Below are positions 50,701 to 62,500 of a stretch of 64,000 nt of DNA, one piece after another. Below the pieces are notes generated by a model. The model searched no databases and had not been told where the DNA came from. It was given only the letters and a program-made list of their open reading frames with translations. A program made the position numbers and the translations under genes. Source of the stretch: Klebsormidium nitens (taxonomy: Eukaryota > Plantae > Klebsormidiophyceae); the NCBI GenBank assembly GCA_000708835.1, contig DF237239.1, positions 1 to 64,000 of the forward strand, read 5' to 3'. The stretch's first letter is position 1. Every line of letters begins with the position of its first letter.

Positions 50701-53700
50701 CTTGCGTATTTCCGCGTCTTGCAAGCACCACCGTGAGCAAGCCGTGTCCAAAAAGCAGACGCTGTTCCTTATTCCAGTTCTGTTGTCCTACACGGGCCTC
50801 CCGACCACCCACCGTGGCAGAGTTGAGCAGCGTGTGGTCCAAGTCGAGCACGAGGCACAGCTTCTTGGCCGCCAGCATCCGCTTCTGCTCGCCCAACCTT
50901 CGCTCCCGCTCTAGTTCCACCGCTGCCCTCTCCTTCTCGCCAAGCCCGCTCAAAAGGGCATCCACATGCGGATCCCCGCTGATCGCCGACTGGTTCCCGC
51001 CAGGAAGCCCGTCGCTCGGCACACGCGCTTTTTTCAAAATGCCCTTTAACTTGCTTACCCCGTTCGACACAGGGCCTTTCGTTTCAGACCTCGTCTGGCT
51101 CTCAGGCCCGGCTTTTCCTGGGGGCCTTGCTGGCGTAGGGTTGCTCGTTACCAGCTGCCCGCTTCCCTGCCTTTCGAGCCCGTCCCTCGATCTTGCCCCC
51201 TCGCTCTCCGCCCCACTCAGTATAGCCGATTCCACGCTATCCGCGGTTGACAACGTTTGCGCACTATTCCTCGACTGCCCAGACTCTTGCACACTCTCCA
51301 CGGCCCTCGAGCCCCTCTCCCCGTTTCCAGCCTCTTTCAAGGGCTGCGCGTTCTCGCGGGGGGGCGCTTTGGGCGGCCGTCCCAGGTTCGAAGGCTCCGT
51401 ACCCTTACCCCCCTGCGGCGTTGGCTTTCGAGAAGTCACGACCCGCGACCCGCTTAACGCGGGGCTGGCAGCGCGGGTGGGCGCTGGGCTTTGGCTGCGC
51501 GAACCAGCGGGGCTGGGGGCTCTAGAAACAGTTCCCTTTTCCAATCGACCGGGCTTTACTTCGACCGAAACTGCAGCCGTCGCAGGAAGGACCGAGGAGT
51601 CAGTCGGACCGTACGACGAGGCGCTTTTCATCTGGAGCCCCTCCTTCCCTCTCGCTGCTCCTTCAAAGCCCGGAGGTTTTTCCTGCGTTCCACTTTCGTC
51701 TTGCCCTTTCAGCCGCCGCCGATTGCCGCTCGCTGCACCTGACGGCCTTTCCCAAGGCAAGCCCACTTTTCTTGCCGCCGGAGCCTGCAAAGCCCGGGCC
51801 TTTACGACCGAATTTTGCGAGGCCCCACTCGCAGAAGCTGGCGGAGCTGGCGGCGCAAAACCCGGAGGCTCTAGAATCTCCTCTGGCAGATCGTCGTCGT
51901 CTTCGAGTGGGGACGGTTTCGGATTTGGAAGCTGCCCCCCGACTGCATCAATCAGGGGCCTTTCTTGCAGCTTCGGAGGCAACAGCACAGGCTGCCAGGA
52001 CTCCGCTTCAGGACCCCCCGGGGGGCCCAGCGGAGCTGCCTGCAAACCTCTGATAGGCTGCCCGAACAATCTAAACCCGGGCGGAAGGTCGAGACCCTTT
52101 GAGGGGGCAGCAGAGGACCCTGCTTTTGGTTGGCTTTCGTCGTCAGAAAAGGCCTCTTCCATGAGCTCTAGCGGGGGACCGGGCTGGGAGCTTCGCAATT
52201 GCACTTTGGGCTGAGGTGCCTTTTGAGAAGCGGTGGAGCTGTGGATGTCAAATCCGGGGGGAACGGAAGGGGGGGTGAACGGCTGAGAGAATCCTGGGGG
52301 GGGCGCAGACGGATCGACCGGCAGACTGGTGTTGGCTGCGGGTTTGGGGACTTGTTCTGTTCCGAGGGGTTGGGAAGCCCCTCGCGACTTGCCTTCAGCG
52401 TACGCCTGAGCATCCCTTCGAAGAGCGTCCAAATTTTCGGAGAGAGGCTCTGCGATAATGGCCAACTCTTTGATTGAGGGCATCGCCTCGACGCTGGCCT
52501 TAGAAACGATTGGCACGTTTGCAGACGACGAAGCAGGGGCTGGATTGCAGGTTATGGAAGGGGCGGAGGTGGGTGCTTGGGATGATGTTACAGCAGGGGG
52601 CCCCTGTCGAGTCGCAGCAGCGGGCAGGTCCGTGGATTTCCCAGCTGCGCCACTGGGGGGGGACTTGCTGACTTTGCTGGTGAGATGCTCCAACCAGCTC
52701 TCGACCTGCCAAGAAGCAATTTCGAGGCGGTTTAGTAATCCGACTGAGAAGAGGGTGGCTGTCATTCAGCAGATCTAGCAAAGGCAAAGGCAGCATGCAG
52801 AGGGTCACAAGGACACAAGGGCATGACGATGCAGGTGCATAGAACTTGGCCGGAAGGAAGTAGTCAGTCCTTACAAGATGCCACACGCTACCGACTCTGC
52901 TTGGCAAAGTATCCGGAGCCAGGATGACAGATTGAGGGTATGCTCATACCTCTTTGAATTGCTTCGGTGTGAAGAGCCGACCCATGTCCTTGTGGGCCAG
53001 CTTGATCAAGCTACAAAGAACAGAGATGCTAACTCTTCAGGTTCACAAAGGCAGCTGATTTGACCAGTCCAGCAAATCGGCAATCCACCACCTCGCTCGG
53101 GCTTTGCATGGCATACATAAGACTTTCAAAGTGACCCTTATCCTTTACAATCCCGGGTCAGGTGGAGAACCCCATTGCGATTTCCAGTGCATGGTTCAGG
53201 TCAATTGAGAAGCATGTACAAGAATCATTTACTCACAGATGGCCCAATGTTTCCACCTGCACAAGAGGATGGTGTGTTCGAATCCAGACGAGACTGCATC
53301 GTCGAAAGCTGCCACCAATAGATACTTCAAGAAGAAACCTGCTTTACAAATTAAATTAAACTTGTCAAGAAGAAGCTTTACAAGACGCACTCACCTCAGC
53401 ACAGCGTTGTCTTTCCCCTGGTTGCGCCCTGCTCCGGTAGTGCCAATGATGTATGCAGTCCGGATGCCAAAGAAAATGTCGTCAGCAGCTTTTGAAACCA
53501 CTTCTCGTGGCGCCCCCCCCTTTTTGCTGACGGCCTTGCACAGGTGCCAGACGGCATCCTCCAAAGTCTGGCATACAGAAGCTAACGACCTGAGCAGAGA
53601 AAAGCGTACTTGAGATAAGAGCAGTGCGCGCTCTGAAAACATACGGAGACTCAGGAAGGGACACAGGATCGGAAAAGGCGCCCTGTGCTCAGGTGATGGT

Positions 53701-55114
53701 CAAAGAACAAGTCTGCCATGCTGCTCAGTGAAGCTTATCATAGCAACTCTTCCTCACAATGCAATCGAAAAGCAGCTTTGAGTATGACTCCATAAATAGT
53801 TGATCGAAAGCGAAGAGGAGCGCATGCATCCCAACGTAGATGATATAAGCAGGCGGCATATCGCCGAGTCCAAATTGCTCACTTCATCGCCTGCTGCAAG
53901 GAGACCTTCCCCGCCAGTGCGTCTGCCTCCCGCAGCAGCCGGGCCTGCTCCGCAGCTGCATCCCGCTCCTTTGGCGATCCCCTTCCAGACCTGGGGCTAC
54001 GCCGATCCCCCTCCTTCTGCCTGACCTTGTCAACCCGGTCCCAGAACTCTTTCACAATCGCCCCTACTGAACCGACCGAGTCGGCCCTTCGCTCCCGCCT
54101 GTCCTCGCCCCTCGGTGCGGACCGGTCTCTAGAGCTTCGGCCATGCTGCCTGCTCTCCCCGCCTCTCTTTGAAGAGCGGTTCCTTCGCTCTCGAGAGCGA
54201 GACCTCTCACGCCGCCTCCTCTCTCGTTCCTGGCTCTGACTCCTGGCGCGGTAGCGCCGCTCGCGACCATCTTGAGGGCTTTTTGACAAGCGCCGCCTCC
54301 TTGGACTGCGCGATCGATCGCGCCCCCTGGGTGACCTGGACCCTCGCCTAGGGGACCCCACCCTGCTCTTCATGGGCCCTCGTTCATGGGATTCGCTCAC
54401 ATTGTCCTCTTTGACGCTTCTGGCAGAAACCCCTGGAACCGCTTCGCTTTCAGGTTCAATCTCCTGCTCAGCCACCGCGTCAACAGCGCCATCAAGATCG
54501 TCGTCCGCAATCTCCCCTTCCTCCAACTCTCCCTCTTCTTTCTCCCCATTGTCCAACGCTGCCTCTGCCGAAAGCCCTGTTTGTTGTTTGCGGCTCTCTT
54601 CAGAGATCTCAACAGACTGTGAATGGCTAAAAGTTCGCAAGAGAGACTGGTCTCTTCTCGCTGGCGAAGAATCCTCCCTCTTGATCCTTTTTGATGGCGA
54701 CAAGCCCTCTGTCCAATCCTTTCTCGAAGGGGAGACGTCGTCTTGCCAGCCTGAACCTTCTGACGCTGTTGAATACTCGGATTTAGACTCTTCTTCCGTA
54801 TGACAAGCTCGGGCCCAGGCAATGTTAGGATGCGAGTAGAGGAGGGATGGATCACTGATGGGGGGGTACGAAAGATCTTCAGCTGCGGATCCCTTTCGCA
54901 AGGCCCAGAAGAAACGCCCCTTCCCATGTTTTGGAACTCGGAGGGCGACAGTCTGTGGGACAGGGTGCCCCGCTGGAAGACTTGCCCCTTGACCAAATAA
55001 GTCGACTTTTCCTGCTGCATTTGCTGCGTCCTCGGAGCTAAACCCATCTCCTGGTCCTGCCGGGCTCTCTGCGATCTCGCCTTCTTCCTGTTCGCTGTTC
55101 TCAGAGACAGCCAT
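47781..55114 (-). CDS. CPL3: RNA polymerase II CTD phosphatase-like 3 (CPL3, FCP1-type: FCPH + BRCT), ~1447 aa, 10 exons
   Basis: Exons 55114-53883, 53589-53395, 53010-52950, 52705-50813, 50341-50168, 49818-49538, 49005-48750, 48408-48283, 48070-48024, 47859-47781, phases consistent. Catalytic DLDHT (DxDxT) at 50831-50845, LWTKLRPG, YELHVYTMGN, KDLDGVLG, IIDDNVKVWP, BRCT (AEQFGATC...THVVA...GTDKVHWA...WLEAS), N-terminal EEGEI motifs. Confidence 0.93.
49036..49213 (+). mobile_element. G-rich MITE family copy with decayed TIRs in CPL3 intron 6
   Basis: ATTGAACTCAAGAG...ACAAGGTAACCGCACTGGGACGGGTGGGTTAGTTTGGTGGTTAGGGTGGGTA...CTTATTATTATCTTGGCTT...TTTCTTGATATTTAT. Flanks AGAATAAGT / AGAAATTGG are at best a decayed TSD. 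Confidence 0.85.
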
Positions 55115-55593
55115 AGACTGCTGCAACGACAGCATTCGACAGATTGATTGTGAGAGGGGTGGACCATCCCAGTCAAAGCTCGGGGTGGTTTTCATGAGCA
55201 GGATAAGTTGGGAGTAGACGCGCAACACGGAGTGGTCACCTCACATAGACACCGCTTTCATGACATTCCACCCAGTGATCCAAAAGGTGAGCCAGAAAGA
55301 TTTGAGCACATTCAAAGCGCCAGGGTTGCCTCCTTTTATGAGCCTTTGCTGCCTGTTGCCATTCTGCGATAACTTCTACCAGTATCATGTCTTGCACAAT
55401 GGCCTCGTCGCAACAAGCTAAACTGATTCACCAGGAAGCTCCACACTTTTGCACACAGGGTTCTCAATGGTGTCATCCTGCGTGTGTACCCCCAAGCACA
55501 CCAGTGCTCCCAAGCGCCAGGTTACCTGTTGCAGGAGCCCCATGAGAAGAGAACATGCTGCACCCTTTGCAACCGCGATTGACAACATGCTGT

Positions 55594-55898
55594 CCACCGG
55601 GGGTATAAATAGTGCTGGTTACCAGCTTTGCCATAATCACCNNNNNNNNNNNNNNNNNNNNNNNNNNNNNNNNNNNNNNNNNNNNNNNNNNNNNNNNNNN
55701 NNNNNNNNNNNNNNNNNNNNNNNNNNNNNNNNNNNNNNNNNNNNNNNNNNNNNNNNNNNNNNNNNNNNNNNNNNNNNNNNNNNNNNNNNNNNNNNNAATT
55801 TCCATAAGTTGGAAGCATGCGCCTTCGGCCGAAATTTGAATTCCGGTGGCCGTTGGCGAGAATGACAGCCGGTTTGCCCCAAGTTATACCCCCGGTGG
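55594..55898. repeat. 15-bp perfect inverted repeat bracketing the assembly gap (possible MITE)
   Basis: CCACCGGGGGTATAA at 55594-55608 and TTATACCCCCGGTGG at 55884-55898. No TSD visible. Confidence 0.5.
55642..55796. other. Assembly gap (155 N)
   Basis: Run of N. Confidence 0.99.
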
Positions 55899-56579
55899 TG
55901 GTTTAAAGGAAGCAGGATTTTCGCATGTGTGATCTGACCTGGACTCTGGAGCCATCTGGAGCTAGGCTCTCGTTCACGATCGGTCCATCGTCGTATGGTT
56001 CCCACGAACACATAAAATGCGATGTTACATAATATCTGGATAAAACTCTTAAAGCCGGGCGGTACTTGAGGTGGCCGAGAAAACTCTTTTTTGCAGAACT
56101 TCGGGTATCTGGCCTGAATCAGACGCCTGATCCAAGTCGGCAGGCCTTTTGACAGGGCCTTTTACTTATGTAACCTTCTCGAAACTTTCCGCCCGGTGAT
56201 CCGGATCTTGAGATTTACTCAAATTATAAAGTTTCTTGGTTTCGGTTTCTTCTGCAGATTGGTATGAGGTACGGTACTTCTCAAGCCGAATTGCTCCTAT
56301 GGTATGTACCTCGGTGTACCACGTGGATCAGAAATGCCATCCGATTGGCTAAGAAATCTGGAAAGCTTTTTGCAGCTTTTCGGTCGACGCGCACCCTATT
56401 GTAGCATACTGTGGCACCTTTTCTGAGGCATTTCCGTAGAATCTGTCAAGACCGGAAGAGCAGGACTTGTGATTGATCTTACAATGAAGAGAGTCACCTT
56501 AGGCACATTTACAATCTTTGAGAAGGAATATACAATGTGACGGGCCCTTACGAGAAGCAAAGGACAGGGGGTCTTAAGC

Positions 56580-59500
56580 ATGGGTGCTCAGTTGCTGTTC
56601 TTTAGCGGTTGGCTGGTTGTAAGCTCCATCCTGTTAGGTGTGAAAGTGCAAGCACAAACGTCAAGCCCTTCGACAAACGCAGGTGAGCTGCCTCACCGCC
56701 CCTCATGAAGCGTCATCGACACTGTCTGTGGGCATAGCTTTTAAGAGAATGTATGCTTTTATGTTTCGTCAGCACCACCCTTCCTCACAGGGGGATCCCC
56801 CATTTTTTGCTGAAATGGGAGGTGATATGTAGGGGTGAAATGCAATTGTCCTTTCCATCCATCATTTTAAGCCTTCTGATTAATGTGGCGGCCTTCTTGG
56901 AGTGGCCATTGGGTGTCCTTCGTTTGCACAAGTCGCCGTTACAAGTTCTAAAGGCGATAGGAGACCAGGTCCTGAACCAACAAAGGTTATTCAGCGGTCA
57001 ATATCCATCAACGTGTTTCTGCCTGCAGGCACTCTGTTGGCCGTTAAGGCAGCCTTTGTCGACAACACCCGGTTGGCCTCTTGGCAGCAGGGCTCTGATC
57101 CTTGCGGGTAATGCCCTTTCTCGACGTCTGGAAAACTTCGATGCATCTCTGATTTTTGGTTCACAAAGAAGGCCTTTAAAGTATGAGAAAGCATAATGCA
57201 TCCTGTTGGCAAATGACATCGTCAAGCAAATATACTCCAAGTAACACGTGCTTTTTGAAAGCTCTTGCAAGATGCTTCATTGAAGGGTTTTTAATCCTTT
57301 TCGATGTAGCATAGCTCTTGAGAGTTATGGCGGTTTCAGAGATGATAGAATGCCGTCATTCATACAGCCTCGATGCTCAGGGAGGAACGTTTCTGCACCA
57401 CTGCCGGCATCAGCTATTCACAATGTACATTGCACAGGGGACAAGTCTGGGTGGCAGGGCATATCTTCCGTACAGAAGGAAAAAGAGCCCCTGTTCTCTC
57501 TCTAGAGTCCGGAAGACAAGTATGTGACCACCACCACCATCACCACCATTGATTAGGCAAAAGCTAAGATGAAATTTGCAAAATGCACAATACACCGACG
57601 CGTCTCTATTGTGACTACTCAGGACTCCGGCATGGGAGGGAGTAGGGTGCACTGCTGGCGTCGTCACCAACCTCACTCTGACGCGCTCTTGCGATGGACG
57701 GACACCACCTGACGTGTGAGCTTTCCTCTTTTCCATGTTCTGAAAAGCACAAGTAGGGCCTCCTCAAATCCTGAGCCTGTGGTAATGCAGAAGAAACTTT
57801 TGACACTTTGTTACATTGCACTTACTTCTTCGTTACTCTCAAGCATCATGCAATGATCCAAGCTTTCCCCCATCTGTGCTCCCCGGTTCTGTTTGAGACG
57901 GGTGAGAAACATTTCTCTTGCTTTCTGTCTGCGGTGCACGTTCTGGTTGCACCTTGCAAACAGGGCGACCCAGAATCTGCGTCCGCTTCTTGTGTATCCG
58001 AGTAAACCCCCTGCAAGCCTCGAATTTTGAATCTAGCTCTTTCTAACGTGGTGGTGCAGGTGTTCTGCGAACCAGGCGTGGCCCCGTCTCGTTGGGCCCT
58101 TCCCCGCTGCAGTAACGAATTTGACTGGGCTCCAGAGTGAGGACATCACCTTATCCTCAGCATTTGCGTAGTTTTCAGCTGAGCTGAGAGGGAGGTTTCC
58201 TATGTTTGAAAGTTGCGACACTGATGTGCGGTTTTCGGTTCCTTGTGAAGACAGTGCATCCTGGATCGAGGTTAGTCGCATGATGCTTTCCCTGTGGGTT
58301 CATCACCTCGGTAGGCGAATCCGCAGCGCCGGTGTAAGGGCACTGAAGTGATACTTCGTCGCTTTGTGCAGTACTTGATCTGGGGAACAACAGCATCTCC
58401 GGCCCCTTGCCAGTTCAGCTTGGCCTGCTGCCCCTCAATACATTGTGAGCTGCGACCCTCATTTGTCCTGTTTCTTCAGATTGCTGTTAAGCTACTGTCC
58501 CCTTGGTCGGAGACTATGGTTTTTGTAGAGTGTGGAATATCTCAAGTGTGAAACCTCGCGGCTTTTTACTTGTTCCTAAGCAGATATAGACAATTCCGTA
58601 TCCATGCTGACAAAGCGGGTTGTCCTCGTTTACCAAGTTCAGATCTCTTCTCAGGATTACGCATCAACATATCAGCAGCTGCACACAGTTTCTTGACTTT
58701 GCGGGGAGTAAGTAAAGCAGGTCACGTCCGACATGGTGCATCCCTCTGGTGGTGCTTGTGATTGTGTTCATTGGGCCTTTCTTTGACTCTGCAGAATTCT
58801 CAACTCCAACAACCTGAATGGCACCTTGCCGGCATCCCTGGGCGGTGCAGTCAACATGACCGTCTTGTAAGCGATTTCTACGTATTTGTGCAAGTGATAT
58901 TACAGCCCATGCCGACTAAACGCGCTGACCCTTTTACATCGTGGAAATAGTATAAGATGGTCATTGTCTTGGACGGAAGCAAGCGGGCAGGACACCTTGA
59001 CTGCTAATCAATGGGGACATCTCGTAGCGGGAGTCGATGTTGAAAAGAGAGCGAGCCTACCTTCTGATGGTGCGCATGTAGATTTTGAGATCCATTTGCC
59101 AAGAATTTCTTGCAGGGATTCGGCATGTTTGTGTCTGATGCACTGCTTAAATACATAAGGCACGCTTCGCAAATGATTACCACCCTGCGCACTGCCACTT
59201 TTGATGACCCTGTCTTTTGTTCTTCTGCAGTCTCCTCGATGGGAACAGCTTCAGTGGGCCCCTCCCTACCTCGTTCGCCAACCTGACTAGCCTCCAGCTT
59301 GTGGGCCTTGGCAAGAATCAGTTCTCTGGGCCCCTCCCGGCCTTCATCTTTCGAAGCTGGACGCAAATGAAATATCTGTAAGCAAGCAATACCCTCGCTT
59401 GATGTCACCTGTAGGATCAGGTGGATCGATCATCCTGTCAAGATGGGGCTGGAGTGAAGAAAGTTGCTGTCCATTTGCATAAGCTTTTGAACCCTCTGCT

Positions 59501-62500
59501 GTTGAGTCTGAAGGATAGAGAAGTGAAAGGCAAACGTTTGATGGCGGCTGAAGTTGAAGACGGTGACAAGTCCACAGCTAAGACATGTGTCGTTCTCGAC
59601 GAGCGTCTTGTCTTGATTGCGACTTGAGATGTTCTATTTTCACGGTCTCCCAATGCGGACTCATTATCCGGATTTCTCGTTGCTTCAGGAATATCATTCA
59701 GAACGGTTTCAACGACACGCTGCCACCTGTGGGTTCCTTGGACCAGCTGTTTCTGCTGGCGCTGTCCGAAAACAAGTTTACGGGTGCAATCCCGGACGGA
59801 CTCGGATCGCTCAACGGGCTAAACCGCCTGTGAGTATATCGGGATCTGTCCTGGCTTACAAATGCTTGACGCGAACGAACGACTGTGCTTACGACCAATT
59901 GACGTCTTCACATGGTTCTGCTTGTGTAATAGTGTAGCCCCAGTGTGTTTAGCGGTTATTAACAAGAGCACTGCCAACAACATTCTCTCTAGCATCTGCT
60001 CCTGAGAATTCTCTTGTGCAGAGCCGAAGGCAGTAAAGTCGATATCCTGCCTTTCTCAGCTTTCACAGGCAGTCTCCAGGAGTGTGAAGTATCTGAACGT
60101 CAAAAGCTGCTCGTTTCTATGGCAGGGAGCTTGCCAACAACAAGGGGCTCAACGGCTCCATCCCGTCCAGTTTCGGGGCCACGCCAAGCACGCTGCAATA
60201 TCTGTAAGAAGCTGCAGAGCCCTCTCGTGCTGTTTAATATCCTAACGCGAAAGCTTCCTGCTGAATCTTTGGGCGCCCGCTCGCATGTCAAGACAGTATT
60301 TGTCTCGCTCAAATCCTTGAAGCAATCAGATCTTGGAGCTCGACATGTGCTGAATGCATCCAAGCTTTCCATGCCCCGTTCTGGCGTCTGGTTCCGCTTT
60401 CCTGATGATGGGCTGTTCTGGTGCAGGGACCTGTCTAACAACAGCCTCAGCGGAACCATCCCAGACAACCTGGGAAACATAGTGAGGTCTGGTCGCGCAC
60501 TCGTACCATCGCAAACCCACACATTCTCAGTTGTCACGCTGTGAACACAATCGAAACACGCCCTATTCTCCTGTCCATAGATTTGAGTCCGTTGCTACAC
60601 TTGTTCTGGACGTTCTTCGGAGTCCCTAGACGATACGTCACAAGTCCAACTGAAGTTGGATGTTGGGCCTCGTTTCGACGCACGCAAACTTGTCTTGTGC
60701 AGCCTCCAGCAGCTGCTGCTTGGGAACAACAAGCTGACGGGGTCCATCCCGGCCAGCTTTGCCAACTTCACGAGCAACCTGCAGACGTTGACTCTCAACT
60801 CCAACAACCTCACGGGCCCGACGTCCGTACTCTTTAACCTCTGTCAGGGGAAACAGTGCTACTATGGCGGTGAGCACGGCGGCTCCCTCATGTATTCCCC
60901 ACTAACGTTGGTAAACCAAATGCTGGTCGTACCATTGCTTGAACGGCTTTGGTTGACGATCTTGCCACTCCTTTAAAAACATCCGCCTTTGCTTGTCCGA
61001 GGAGCGAAAGGCACCTCCAAGGTCCCCATACACTGAAACAAGCGTGTCTATATTTTGTGACTAGCGACTTGGTCACAAAACTGCTAGTCGCCAGCAGTTG
61101 ACGTGATATGCGGCCAAGCTTTTGACTGGAACATGCCAGCAAACCATCCGCCGGGACGTCTTCTTACCCCTCACTCAGTAGAGGTGCTCCGGCTGAGATT
61201 TTCAGAAACTCGGCCATCCATGGGGAACGGAGGCAGCTGCTCATGAGTTCCTAGAAATGTACATTTCAGGGGTTTTACCGGGCAGTCATCGCGCCTCACG
61301 TCATCTTGAGCTAGTTTGCAAATCTCCTGCAGACAATCCTCTGTTGGGCGCCCCCGTGCCGGCCCCTGTTGCCCCCAGCCCTCCTGCTAGCCCCCCTCCC
61401 AGTAGCGTTGTTCCAGTCCCCGCCCCAGCCCCGGCGGCGGCTAATGCGCCATCAGAGAGCTCTTCTGCGCCCATCGCAGCCATTCTGGGGGCAGTTGGGG
61501 GGGGCGTTGCGGTCCTGGCGGTGTTTGGCATCCTCTTTGTCTGCTGCCGCAAGCGCATCTTCAAGGAGAAAGGTGCGCTTCTAAAGCGATGACGTTCGCT
61601 CCTTTATCGTCGAAAATACCTTGCAACTTTTTGGAGCGAGGGGCTTTGGTTCGTTGCTAATGAAACTTGACAAAACGGCAGGTTGTTGCTCGGGGGTGAC
61701 GCGGTGGCGAAAGAGCGCGTGCATCTTTTATGAGACTAGAAGACTAGTCTAGTCCTCTAGTCTAGACCTGGCTATTCAGTCCAGCTTGATGCTTCACTAT
61801 CTTCCCCAGCACAAGTCACGATCCCTTCGCAAGCTTGGTGGTGCGCAGCAAATGCTTGACCAAAGGACTGCGGGCCTTTTGTCATACCACAGCCTTTATG
61901 CAAATCTCTGCAAACTCCCCGAGTCGCCACTCTGAGGAATGTACGAACATCTTTGTTATGTCAACAAGAAAAAGGACGCAGTCCGTGACCGCATCCTGCT
62001 CCAACCGATTCTCCTCGGTTTGCCAGGCGCTACGAATCATTCAGCTGCGCCGGATCCGTTTGATAAGCTGCCGGTAGCTGAGCCCGTGCAGAGGTCGAAG
62101 GCCGGGGGGTTGGCGCACGGAGTGGAAGAGTTTAGGTACGCGCAATCGACTTTTTGGACTTCTCAGCTTTTTGCAAGTCGTTACATGGACCACCTGATTG
62201 GGTGTGCCTGCCTGCCTGCACAGATGTAAGGCAATAGAGTGGACGGCATTTGCTGCCTTGTCTTTTCAAGGTTTGGTTTTTCTGGAGATTGATGCCTTAT
62301 CTTGTCAAGGTTTGCTTATCATCTGCAAGAACTTTCGGTAGTGGTGTCAGTACGGATAGACCGTCGGCCAGAGGGTAGATGTTGCGTACGTCCGGAGTGC
62401 ACGTACGCCTTCGTTAAGGTTTTTGAATTATTGCCTCTGTGCGCTTGCAGCTTCACCGAGTTGACACACGCCACCAATGAATGGCATTCGGACAATGTCA

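Noticed and set aside
50562-52214. 550-aa plus-strand ORF
   Set aside because: Antisense shadow of the Pro/Ser-rich CPL3 exon 4; low complexity, no domain.
53228-53337. Open segment with splice-like ends in CPL3 intron 2
   Set aside because: Direct joining of 53395 to 53010 gives a better match to plant CPL3, and the peptide looks non-homologous.
61733-61768. CTAG-rich palindromic patch in an RLK intron
   Set aside because: Short low-complexity sequence with no second copy.
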